A DNA stretch of 64,000 nt from Psammoneis japonica. Taxonomy: Eukaryota. The notes beneath the pieces were generated by a model. The model was not told where the DNA came from. It saw only the letters and a program-made list of their open reading frames with translations, and made no database searches. Where the stretch lies: contig QPGO01000083.1 in the NCBI GenBank assembly GCA_008632985.1, forward strand, positions 99,075 through 163,074, in the 5' to 3' direction. Of the stretch, positions 26,330 through 38,559 are shown piece by piece; within the stretch, counting starts at the first letter, position 1, and each line of letters begins with the position of its first letter. The position numbers and the translations under genes were made by a program.

Positions 26330-28280
26330 GTGACCTGTTTGCATTGCCAGCCTGATTCCTTGTGGGACTCCTTTGTGCAGCATGAAGGCTTTGCTCAAGG
26401 CTGCCCTCTCAGCCCTGTCTTCACCTGCCTTGTTCTTTCCCATGTGGTTTGTCCCATCAACCAAGAACTCCTTCAACATCTCTCTTCTTGCTCACCTGCC
26501 TCTGTTGGCTCCCAAGCTAATGATGCCCATGCCTTCCTCCCACACTCATCTGTTCCCTGTTTTCTTCAATGCTTTGAAACCCTCAGCACCCCCTGTGGCA
26601 TCAAGCTCAACTGGCGCAAAACTGAGATTCTCATGTCAACCTCTGACATCAGTCCACTCTCTGCTCTTTCTCCCATCGATGCCATCTCCCTTTGCACCAC
26701 CTTTTCTCCTGTCTCTCAACCCCGCCAACAACTCCTCACACAGCCCCAAACTCATCTCTGGCAGCCACTTCCTCAGTCAGCCCCTTGGTTCTCAGGCCTT
26801 TGCCAACTCCTCCCTCACAGCTGCTGCTGCCATCCCGTCCTTCCTTGTCTCCCTGCTCTGCTCTTTTTGCTTTGCTGTTCATGGCATGCAACTCTCATCT
26901 GGTGACTCCCTCCTGCACCATGCTCGAAGAACGAGCACAAACGAAAGTAGAACAAAGTGCGAAAAGTGGAAATTGTGAGATTAAATTTTGCTCTGTGATT
27001 TTTCTCCGAATGAGTTCTCAATGGCCCAAAGCTTCTGTGCTGCTTCTACAGACAAAAGGCCTTTCGGAGAATGCAATCGTGACAACAGATTGTCCGGATA
27101 CGATTGCTGTTGACACGTAAGATGTCAACATCGTCAATCGATCGTATTTGCAAAATTTTTGACTTCCGATCTATCAACTCTGTGTGTGATCGTTCTGACC
27201 TTCGTACGCATCCACGACTGTGGTGCGATTGACACACAAATGACACACCAAAATAGACATGCATGTGACAGTCGCATGCTGCACTCCACCTTTCTTGGAA
27301 TTTTTGCCTTGCACTGTCCTCTTGAAACAATCCCAACTCCCACCTTTGCCTGTGCACCCTCTTTTGCTGTTGCACCTCTGTTCTCACCTCTGACTCTTTG
27401 CCTTCCTCTGACTCTCCTTCCCTTTTTCTCTCCCTGCTGTTGTCAAGTCACTCACACTTCCTGGACTTGCCGGTCAACTCTGTCATGAGCACTGGCAATG
27501 CATTGTCAATGAGGCCATTGCCAATGCTTCCTCAAATGTTCAAATTGCTCTGCCTTCCCTTTTCTCTCTGCTTGCCAGCCTCCCACTTCACTCACTCTCC
27601 TGCTGCTCTGATGCCGTTCAACTGACCTCCCCAATGAACACACTGTTGCCGCCCAATGCAAGCTTCACCTCCCCACACTGCCTCCATCTCTCTCATTGGC
27701 ACTCTCTGCTCCTGCAGCCTTGCTGCTCTTGATGTCTGTGGTGATCATGCCTTCACCTGCACTGGCGATCACAAAAACCTTGGGTCCTCTTGACAAGCCA
27801 TGCAACATGCACCCAAAATGTCATCTTGAGCCTGCAAATCTTCTCCCAACCCCCCCCCTCCTCTGCCCTGCCAATGTTGGCATTGCCATCCCTCCTCCTG
27901 CATCCATTGCTGCCCCTTCCCATCATCACCACACCACTGCAGATGCAGCCATCCCAAAGCCCCCCTCACCCTCCTCCCAGTCTGCCCACTCCTTCTTCTC
28001 CAGTTTCAACTGAGGCACAATGTGCAAGTGTGAGGTCAAAGTTTCTTGGACCCACTTCCTCCTCCTCTGATGGTTCCCTCTCCATCCAATCCCTTGACAA
28101 CAATGGGATCTTCCCTCTTTTTTTTGCTGTTGATCACCTGGGCAATCTCGGCTTCTTCTTTCACCGCTTCCTCTTCAACACTTCCGCTGCTGCTCTCTGC
28201 TCTCAGCCCAAGCCACCCTGGTCTGACTCCACTGCCCTTCAAGGCTCTAACCCATCCTGCGTCCCCTTTTCCCATGCTCT
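26330..28280 (+). pseudogene. Second CRE/Ambal-like non-LTR retrotransposon remnant (RT and C-terminal region), interrupted by the Plavaka element
   Basis: QHEGFAQGCPLSPVF...GIKLNWRKTEIL (RT), then FFAVDHLGNLG..FHRFLF. The frame continues across the insertion as ..VPFSHAL|ASPFVLLSSAD. Confidence 0.7.
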
Positions 28281-29324
28281 CATCAGAGTGCACGATGTCG
28301 CAATGTCTGCACACATGACAAAAATGTGTTGCCACATTGTAAAATCTACTCATCTGCACATGATGGTTTTTGTCATTCAGCCAATTGTTGATCTCCTGCT
28401 GTTCTTCATGTTTGAACACAGATGCTTTTTAATTTTTATGCTCAGCCTTTTTCACAACAACTGATGATCTTTAATGACAAGCCAAACGTTGCAATTGCAT
28501 GCAATGAAATTTTCATCATGTGAAGTGTGCACTGATCATTCAATCAACAACTGTGCTCCAATTGGCCTGTTCGTCCGCATCATCCTCTTCATTCCATGTG
28601 TCTTGTCCGCTCTCTTGCAAGAATTTCAAATGTGTGTGCCGCTGCCACGTTGGATGTTTCCTCGTCACCGTTCCAAAAAAGCCACACTGCATTTCTTGCA
28701 TTTGGGTGAACATCATCGAGAGGAAGAGGTCCCTTGAAACGCAGAATCGCATCACCGCTCCCCTCTTGACGTCGTGTCGTCTGCTTCTTTTTCTCTTTCT
28801 TCATTTTTCCCGTCCTGTTTTTCTCTTCCTTCTTCGTCTTGGCACCGCCTGTTTTCACCGTCTCCGGCGTCTTTCCATCCGAATCCTTCTTTTTCATCGA
28901 TCCTGTCGCCGTTGCCTTCATCGTGTGTCACTTTGTTTTGGATCCATGTTTCTGACTTCTCTCCATGCTGTCCCTGTTTCCGAATGTTTCTTTGTGATTG
29001 TTCGCATGCGTCACTTGAAGGCACCCATGTGTTCTTCACGTGCCTCAACGTGCACACAGAAATCCATGTTGTTTTTCAGCACATGCACCCTTTCTCCTGA
29101 TGCATGTTTTCACAACATTTTCTTCCATCAATTCTACACTCCGCATTGCCCTTTCCCGGTGCAATCTCACGCAGGATTTCTCTGGGAGAAGTCACATGCG
29201 CGTCTGGCAGGTTTTTGTGCACAAAACTCAAATCCCACCAGGCGCGCATGTGACTTCTCCCACGCACCACTCTGGCATGTTTCCACAGAAACCAGAATTT
29301 TGTGACTGACACACAACCAATCTG

Positions 29325-30314
29325 GTGAATGCAATGGCGAACCCACGACCACAACAATCAGAGCATTGGAAGAAAACCATGTCAGATGAACTCCGTCCAT
29401 CCACTGCTGAGGATTTCCATCACCGGATGATGGAGACAGTTGATGGTTTTGTTCACGCTGATGCTGCTTGTTGTTCGGAGGAACAGAGAGCAAAGGATGC
29501 AAAGGCTGCTGTGTCAAGATTGGCAGAAGCAATGGCAGAAGCCCGCAGTGCTTTGTCAAATCAAGCAACAACCACTCGCGAATTTAAGCACATCCATGTG
29601 CAGTTCATTAAGTCATCGATCAAGACACACCATTCAGACAACTACTGCATTGTTGCAGTGGAAAATCACAGCAAAGCAGAAATGAGTTTCCAATGCTTTC
29701 TTCACGGCAACGCATTTGACGCAAAAGAATTGGGGCTCCCAATCTCCATTGCGGGACATCAAAAATCAGAATGCAGGCTAAACATGCTGCACAGCTGTGA
29801 CTCGACGTTGCTTCTGAGAAGCCTCAGGGCAAATTCTGACACAGACGCCAACAGAGCAGCAGAGAGGGAGCAATCTGCGATTGACAGCATTGGCAAATCC
29901 ATCCACCGCCGTGCCGTGCCACTCCTTCGAAGGCGACATCTAACACAGCCGCAGCGCGTCCTGAAGGACACAATCACATTGCTCCACGAGGCCCTCAACA
30001 ATTTGACAAGGAAAGACGTTGCCTTGCAGTGACAGTGGCAAGCTTTGTATGATCTAAGGCCAGGCACAGATCAAATGCGGGGAGGGATGTAGACCGCGAT
30101 CCGGGCTGTGGACGAAGAAGCCATGGCAAGAGAAAGGGTCCTGCAGTTGGCATTGCAAATCGAGGCACAATTGGTGGCTGTCAACCAGCCTGACCACAGC
30201 GCCAACTTTCAGCAGGCGATTGTGGCTGCCAGGGAACATTTCATGGTGCAGGATGACCAAATGGACCGTGCAAGTGGACACTGCATAGAATCCACGAGGA
30301 AGCAATTGCTCTAA
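29325..30314 (+). pseudogene. Accessory ORF A of the Plavaka element, unknown function, two in-frame stops
   Basis: The 235-aa ORF and the in-frame 30108-30314 ORF read as one helical-looking protein interrupted by TGA and TAG. Confidence 0.5.
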
Positions 30315-30339
30315 AAATGCACACACTGTGAGTGAATGA

Positions 30340-33300
30340 CAGATTGACACGCGTGTCCCATTTTAGAAACAAATCTGACCAACACTTCCTTCTGTCCTGT
30401 GTGGCCCAAACAAACAGGGCCTTTTCTTGCGCTTCTGCTGCTCCTGGACATTCTTCATAAACCAAAACATTGTCCCCAATTGCTTTGACAGGGACAACAC
30501 GTAACTCAGGTGAGCACTGAGTCTTCTCAGGCATTGAAAGCCAGTTGTTTTGTTTGTGATCAAGCTGCCAGTGACTGACCAAGTCTGCATGCTGACACCG
30601 TTGCCTCACAGTTCTCTGGTCAGCTTGACAAGCAGTTGGATGGACAACTGCAAAAATCGATCCTGTGTCTTCCTGTTCGAAGAAACACAGCAAACGGGAG
30701 GGAAACTGTTGATCGCCCTTTCGTGTGCCAAAGGTCACATGGGCAAAGTCACACCATGGTCCTTCGCTTTTGCAATCGGGGTGCACACGGTGCGCATCCC
30801 TCCCACTTGCATTGTAAAACTCTGTCTTACAAGTCAGGTGTGCATTTTCACTGTCTTCACCAACACAATCCTCCCACTTTTCCGACATGAAGTTTGGCAA
30901 CACAGGGTGAACTTGGCAACGAGTGTGCTCACTGTTCCACTCAAACGTCACAGCGCCAATCCCTCAGTTGTAGGTGAGAGTGAACGCACTTCCTCCCAGC
31001 ATGTGATTGTCCGTCCTGACTCTTGATGATTCCTTTTTCCCAGTTGGCAAAATCCAACTGTCAGCTGAAATTGCAGCGTTGAGCCTCATTTGGTCCTCCA
31101 CACGCGACACGACCTGCTTCAGAAAACTGTCGAGGTTGCGTTGTTGTGCGGCAGATGACGGCAGCTTGAAAAAGTCTTTCAAGAGACATTCCCCCAAGCC
31201 TGCGTCAAAGTTCATCGCATGTCGGCAATGACAAAGAAACACTGGGAGATGGAGTGTTTCATGAAGCTTTTGAAGCTTCCATCCGCACCCTTCTGTTTGC
31301 GGGACGAATTGCACTGTCCGGTCAATGAGGAGACGGATTTTCTTGTTCATTTTCTGAACAGATGACTGGGAGTTGCGCTTGTGATGGGTGGATCGCCTAG
31401 CCTGTGCCATGCGTGGAAGACAAGAAGGTCCTTGAGCAATTGAATGAATTGCCGGACGCTGCAGTTGAGTCTTTTTCCCTTGCATTTTTTCTTTTTTTGG
31501 TTGTCCTCACCATCCTCAGCCTCACTCTCCTCTTTCTCATCCTCATTTTTGTCCCAGTCACCCTCTTCGGACTCCTCCAACCTTTCATCGTCAGAGTCGT
31601 CCAAGTGCTCACTAGGTTGGCAGCAACTCTCAAAGTTTGCTTTGGGCATCTTGCGATTCTCTGGAACAATGGGTTCGTCTGCGTCCTCGTCAAGGAAGCA
31701 TGACTCACATGCGTTTCGTCCCTTGCTGGTCAACAGGAGAAGGTAGAAAACAAAAGCCATTCCAGCCCAGTGGTGAGAGTTGAGGAAGGCAAGCAACGTT
31801 GCTCCTCCTTTGAAGTTTGTTCGCAAAAAGGATGCTTTGCAAGTTGACCGGTGATTGCTGAAAATCCTTTCCACCATGCTGTCCACCTCACTTGCGACCA
31901 CAGGTGTCATGCTGTCTACAAATGAATTGATTGCCCTTTTCAAGGTGCCATTTTCAAAGAGATGCATCATGTCGCTTGCTGTCACAAGGGCAACGCCGCA
32001 TGGTTGTGTGCCAAAGTCTGCCTCAAAAAGACAGTTGGCAGGCACGTTGTGTTGCTTGAGGCAATGCAAGATGCCCAACCAGTGCTTCCTTTCTTGGTCT
32101 GATCTGTTGTCGTCGTTGGCCTTAGTTTGCACTTGGTGGAGATCCAGTCCTCGGACAAACTCGCATTCAATCCATGGGTCGTCCAGTTTGTTGAAGCCAG
32201 TGAGGCAAAAACGACAGCAATGTTGACGACAGTTGTGACCTCCATGTCGTCCGACGAGACAGTCGCCGCTTTTTGCGTCTCCTATGATGAGAACGATCAG
32301 TGGGATTGCGTGGAGGTGTCGCATCTCATCCCCTCGTCGCACGTGTGTTTTCATGCCTCCTTTTCTCATGACTTCCAAAAGTGGCTCCAAAACAACACGT
32401 GAGCAAGTGTGGCAGTCTCTTGACGAGCGTCCCTTCTCCACCTTGCGATTGTTTGAGAGATTCTTTGCCGCAGATGACGACATCTTTTCCAAATCCGGGA
32501 GATGACCAATTGGTTTCCAGACACTCTTGTCCGACCATTTGTTGAAGGCAACATGCGCAGAGGTCATGATCACTGGCTCTCCGCAATGTGATCCCATCCC
32601 TTGTGTCCTGCCAGTCTTGTCGAGGTAAATGACATTGCACTCGAGAAATTGTTTCTCCAGGTCAGCCATCCATTCTTCGTAACTGCACCTGCACTACTCA
32701 CCCGCCAAAAGGCACTTGTCATCCGGTCCCTTCGCTTTGCACTTCCCAAAAGGATTGTCTGGATCGACCATGTTCTCTCTGCTGCACCACAGGTGAGGAT
32801 CGAGTGAAAACTGTTCCCAAACCTTTGTGAAATCCCATCTTGGCACTGACACTCGTTTTGGCAAACCGGTTTTGAAATTTTTGGTTTCTAGAGTGACAGG
32901 AACAGACTCGCTGGGTGGAAGAGGGAAATGCTTGGTTAAGGTGCGCATCAACTCTTTTCTCCTTGGCAGAACTGTGCCAAGCTTGATGTTGCTGCAGCAA
33001 AGGATTGACCACCGCCAACATCCAAATCGTTCATTGCCAAAAGTTCAACTCCTTGCATGCTGTGGTTTGATGAAATGGAGGACATGTCGTCCATTCCGTG
33101 CGGTGCGTCATCCGGGGAGGGGAACAAGGGGCTGCTGCGTGGATCACTCGTTGAAGATCTTGGGAATCTGCTGTGAGTTGATCGCCTCAGATGGGACTCG
33201 TCATCATCAGAGGACGAAGAGGAAGAACTGCCGCTTTCTTCGGGTGGCCCCTCTGTTGTGGCAGGAATGTCGCTTTGATCTGGGATTGGATCTTGGGTTT

Positions 33301-33450
33301 GCAACTCTTGGGCAACTGAGTGACACGTCTGCGAGCATCTCCAATGGCAGGCTGTTCACAAAAAACTTTGGCCACAACTGGGACAGAGAAGAGGGTTTCC
33401 GTCCATTGTAAATCAGACAATGTTGACAGGGCCTTCATCAAGACTCATGC
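30340..33450 (-). pseudogene. Plavaka-family transposase, frameshifted and hypermutated
   Basis: VIYLDKTG...EPVIMT...WKPIGHLPDL...RDCH..IIGDAKSGD.LVGRHG..CCRFC...DMMHLFENG...KLHETLH...NFDAGLGE.LLK.FFK.P...PWCDFAHV, spread over several ORFs. Ends approximate. Confidence 0.75.
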
Positions 33451-33858
33451 TCGTCATCCTTGTCTTGTGTATGAGAAGGGAAAAAAAGAACAACACGCAA
33501 AAAATGGCGGGAAATTGGCAAACATTACATTGTCTTCCAGATTGGGATGATTCTCACAGGCATGACATGTCTGCATTTTGATTTTTTGTCTGGCATCCAC
33601 AATGAATGTTGCACTTTTTATTTGCTGTCAAAATGCAGGACATTGTCTCCGTTGAAATGCAATGACAGCCACATCAAAAAGTGAGTTGGACTGTTCGTTG
33701 TTACACACAAATGTGTTTTCAAATTTCAATGTTGCTGACAACAATTTGTGCAATGTCACAGAGAAAAATAGAGTGCCTGGCTGTCTCAACACGACCCAAA
33801 CGACGGTTGCACTGTCGAACAGTGCCACTCCTCTCATTGTTGCTGTGAAAAGATCAAG

Positions 33859-35157
33859 ATGTTGTCTCCAGCACAACCGGCAAAAAAGAGAAAGAAAAAT
33901 GAGACCATCAAGCCAATGAGCCCGAGACTTCAGGCAGTGTTGAAGAGAACAGGTGCGCAGGCAGCGCATGGTGCATTGAAATCAGAAGTGGAGAAGGTGG
34001 CCAGAAATGATCTCTTTCCACAGGTGAAGTTTCTCAGTCCATCAGAATTGGCAAGCAATGGGAGCATCTCAATGTTTGTCAAGAAACAGATTGCTGGTGG
34101 CAACACGGACACTTCAAATTGGTCAGGAACTTGGGAGGAATGGGCAAAAAAGGCGGTAAAAAGGCAAATTGACAATCGCAGAAACACGGTGTGTTTGGCT
34201 GTTGGGGCGGAGGCAATGGCCAGCAAGCCAAGTGACCAATGTGTGTGATTGGAGAGTTGCACGCATCTCACAAGAAGATGACAGTGATGCTTTGTCTGTG
34301 TGGGCGTTGTCACTGAGGAAGAGGGAAAGGAAAAAGAAAAGAAACTCAAGGCGGCAGACAGGAGGAAAAAGAGGAAAAAGTCAAGCCGTGACAAGAATGA
34401 AGAGAATGACATCCCGTTTGTGCCGACATGGGATCCGTTTGGCCTGGACACTGTCACCAGCGGTAAACGAAGGAACAAGCAGGCATGCAAGTGGTTCTGT
34501 GATCACATCCTGCCTCAAACCAAGCAAAAGCAGGCGTGGAGCAGCACCATCAAAACTGGGAACACACAGGTCTCACAGTTGTTTACGGTCGGTGACGAAG
34601 CTTTGGCGCTGTCAGCCATGGAGAATTGTTGGCAGGTGTGGGCATGCAGGAACAAGGAGGAGGTGGTGGAAGAATTGGGTGAGGAAATGGAGCCTGAAGA
34701 AACAAGGCCTGCCCCTCAGCACATGAAGCCAAAGAAACAACGAGTGTCTTGGGGAGATGACGGAATCAATCGGTTCAACGATTCATGCAAAGAGGTGACG
34801 AAAGACAGAGACTCCAAGGAGGGCAAGGAGTTTGAAAAGTGGCATGTGGAGATCAAGAAAAGTGAGCACGAGAAGTCCGGAGAAGCAAAAAAGAAGAAAA
34901 AGAAAGCACCGACCGGTGATGCGGATGAGGTGAAGGCAATGAACAGCCCAATGGTGGAGAGCAACAGGGACGACAACAGCAACGACAATGAGCAGGAGGA
35001 AGGCGCAAAAGGCAAAACGGATGATGGAGGAGACGAGTCCGATGGAGACGAGTCCGATGATGATCACTGGCTTAGTTTAAGAGAGTTGCAGCAAGAAAAT
35101 GTGTGCACAGTTAACACAGCACTCGGTCATTGCACTGCAGACATGACAAGGGATTGA
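33859..35157 (+). pseudogene. Accessory ORF B of the Plavaka element, two exons with inferred intron 34223-34303
   Basis: VARNDLFPQVKFL...IDNRRN, then WFCDHILP...FTVGDEALAL..MENCW...WGDDGINRFN. The exons join in phase 1 if GCAAG and TGG are mutated GTAAG and TAG. True start may be further upstream. Confidence 0.6.
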
Positions 35158-35454
35158 CTCAACCGATGAAATGCTTTTCTCGTTTAAAACAATGTTTGCG
35201 AAAATTGACAAACCAAAGATTGTGTGGAAATGCAATCACGCATTGGCATGTGGCAACAAGGTGGAGGCAGATGTGGTGATGTGGGTGCAGTGAAAAACAG
35301 CATGCACAATTCTCAACAAGTTGTTGCAACATTGGTGTGGCAAACTTGCAACCAGAGGTTGGCCTTTCATCATGTGACAACAATGTTTTGCAACATTTTG
35401 GCAAATTGTCATCATGCAAATCTGCACATTTTCAACATTTCGTGCACTCTGATG

Positions 35455-35750
35455 CTCGCCTCACCTTTTGTGCTCTTGTCCTCCGCTGATTTCAGTTGGC
35501 ACCAACTCACAACTGATCACTTTGGCTTCTCTTGCCACTCCTCCACTCCTTCTCAATGAGCCGCTCAAACTCTTGGCTGCAACATTGTCCATCACTCATC
35601 CGCCCACGCTCTCCACTTCCTTTCCAACCTTTGCACTGATGCATCTCCCATCCCTTCTTCGAAATGCCCTTTGCACTGTCTCACGTGCCCCTTCTTTGCA
35701 CCCGCCCCTGAGGCTCTGCAGCTCTCCACCGTGCCCACTCCCGGCTTGGG
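35455..35750 (+). pseudogene. 3' remainder of the non-LTR element split by the Plavaka insertion
   Basis: ASPFVLLSSADFSWHQLTTDHFGFSCHSSTPSQ* continues the 28280 frame once the CT duplication is removed. Confidence 0.6.
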
Positions 35751-35914
35751 AGGTCTGCAAAATTGGTGCGGGAAGAAGAGGAAGAGAAAGAGCTCCGTGC
35801 CGGCCCATCCTCTTGCTGCTTTCCATTCCTTTTGCTGATTTTGCTCTTTGACTTTCTACTTAAAATAAAAAGCCGCCGCGCCGGCCGGCCACACTGTAAA
35901 AAAAAGCACGGCGC

Positions 35915-36096
35915 TCACTGGCCTCGTGGAGACCGACAAGGGGAGATGACCTCATTGCCCGTTGATGACGCACTGGGAAATCACCCCCCGCATCTGCCAC
36001 ATTGAACGCATTCAAGTTGGCGTTTGGAAGCGAGCTGCTGTTGCTCATTCTTCTGAAGAGCTTTAGCAGCAAGCCGAACAGACAGTCTAAAAGCGC
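35915..36096 (+). repeat. Split direct repeat A1 (182 bp; partner A2 at 41921-42102)
   Basis: tcactggcctcg...gacagtctaaaagcgc is present at both positions with the same length. Confidence 0.95.
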
Positions 36097-36162
36097 CATT
36101 GTGTTCGGCGGAGGATGCCATCCGCCGCTGCACCCACGAGGCTCGCAGGATAGTCACACATT

Positions 36163-38420
36163 GTGAACCAAGACGGAAATGTCGGAAATGATCCACTGCC
36201 GGATGCCGCTGAGGTGGCACAACAACCCCAACAACCGATTCCGGCGGCCAACAACGCCCAGAATGTGCCACCAGCACCGGTGCATCCCGTGGTGCCGGCA
36301 GCACCAGGAGCAGCGGCACAACCTGCCACAGCGCAGGGAGGACAAGCCCCGGGAGGGGCTCCCCAACAGCCGGCACCTCAAGTGCCACCCGTCCCGCCAG
36401 CAGGTCCCGTGGGGCAGGGAGTTCCAGCGCCACCAGCAGTGATCCGGGCCTGTTGGGATTGCTGCTCACACGCCACAAAGGATCCGTGCGCCAGCAACCA
36501 TGCGGAAATCATGCAGGACTTCATGGTCCCACCACAAGGGCAATCCCGCTGTAATCCCAACGTGTTGAGGACACGTGTTGGAGCAGCCTCTTCACACGAT
36601 TTGCCTGTGGCACTGATGCAGCACTGCCGGGTGCAAGGAGGCAACGACATGGGAGTCACGCAGGTGTTTCATCGCGCAACCCAGCACCCGATCATGGTGG
36701 CAGGACCAGCACAACCGTGGGACGGACAATTTTTTGCGCTCGCAGGCGACCTGACGATGGGACAATGCCAACTTGCACCCATCGCCAACGATGCCTTTCA
36801 GCTGGCCCAACACGGCACATGGGTGCCGACCGACGCAGCGCTGCAAGCTCACATTGTCACGACCCTGGAAGGATTGCACCCACAAGTTCAGCCGAATGAC
36901 CAGACGCGGTTGAGGTCAGGACGCGGAACACCATGATGGTGCCATTCGCGCATGTTAATCTCTTGCTTTCAATGCCGTTGACGCCAAAGCAGGCATTTAC
37001 CCGGGTGCTGGGGGCTGTCACGGTTGCCAATGCGGTCAACGAATGCAGGCCACTTCTGGACTTTTTAAAAGTGGCGTGTTGCGCGACAGCATGGGACCAA
37101 CACACATCCGAAGCAGTGCAAGCATGGCCAACGATGGTGCAGCCACCCAACGAAGCACTCATTCGTTTCTTTGATGTGATGGTGCAGCGTGACCTTCCGC
37201 ACCGCGTGGGCCAACCACCGCAACCGCGCCAGTTCGAACCAGTGGTCACGGCCATTGAGAGCTTAACAGCAGAACAGCGCCAACAATGTTTAGACGTGGA
37301 AGCGCGCCAACAGGCGGCATCGCGCGGCAAGACACAAACGGAGTTCTGCGGAGAGTTTGGCATCGCCAAACTCATGCGTTTGTGCCAGGTGCATCACGAA
37401 GCTAACCCACCACCACTCTGGGCGCAACTGGCGGCCTCTCCCAAGACCGGCCGCATTGCTGCCATCCAAAATGCAATCGATGAGCAACGGCAAGCACACC
37501 ACGTGTACTTCAGCATGCCAGTGACCGTGAACCTGGTCACAAAACTCACCCAAGTCGACTTTGCTGGGCACAACAAGGACGAGTTAACTCAAGGAATCAC
37601 CCCCTTCTTGTTCGGCATTGCTGCACCGGAGCACGCCGAGCAGACCGCCTGTCGCAGCTCCATGCACCAACAGATTCATGGAGGCAATGGCACACCGCCC
37701 TTGGTGGATGCGCGTGTGTTGGAGGCCCCGGACGACGCTGTGGTGGCCACTGCGATCCAGGCAGTTCAGCAGTCTTTCAACGGTTTGCGCATGGTCCTCT
37801 CAGCAGCCTTTGGCGTGGCACATCCACTGGCACAGTGGTTGACTCACATGCACCAGTCAATGGATGTCTGCGCGAACGATTTGGCGGTGCAAGTGGTGTC
37901 GCACCCGACGTCACCAGCGGACCTGCAACGTTGCACGCAGGCAAAGATGTGCCATTGGTTCCAGGCGCAGATGCACTCACAAAACCCTGTCCCATTTCAA
38001 CTGCTCCCAGTGGTGGCTGAGGCCGCACAAGGCACCTGCTGTTGGCGTCTCAACCTGCCGACGTCTGTCCTTCAACCACCCACGACACCGCGGTCGCAGA
38101 CCTCTGGGCAGCCACAGCCAGGACAAAACCGCGTAAATGCGTCTGGCGACAATTCCATCGTCCGCAACAAACAGTGCGACGAACGTTTCACGGTCTTGCG
38201 GGAGCGCCCCAATGTCCGTTCGCACACCGTCAAGCAGCGCTGCGCCTGTGACAATGTCGCCTTGCCCACGGATTCCCAAGGGGTGCCACGTTGTCTCCCA
38301 TGCCATTTCATTGGACAGTGCAACAACAACTGCGGATCACGCGCCAATCATCATCATAACCACATGGAGCAGGAGCAGGTCGACCTTCTCACGTGGGGTG
38401 CGCAACATTGGAAGACCGAA
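36163..38420 (+). pseudogene. gag-like ORF1 with C-terminal CCCH-type zinc finger; frameshift near 36930
   Basis: Pro/Ala/Gln-rich N-terminus and C-terminal CLPCHFIGQCNNNCGSRANH, in the first-ORF position of the element. Confidence 0.65.
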
Positions 38421-38559
38421 CAGGTCATCGGCAATGGTTCCTGCTTGGGGACATGGAACCAAGAGCCACTTCCCGCACGGGCACACAAGCCCATGCATCC
38501 ACAACCCCCGCAAGTGGAGTCTAGAAAACGGCCCTTCCACCCCACAACACGTGGACAGG

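Larger units (their letters stand above)
28281..35454 (-). mobile_element. Full-length Plavaka/CMC(EnSpm-like) DNA transposon, 7.17 kb
   Basis: 15-bp perfect TIR CATCAGAGTGCACGA at 28281 and TCGTGCACTCTGATG ending at 35454. 2-bp TSD (CT). Internal transposase. The flanks rejoin into one non-LTR reading frame. Confidence 0.85.
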
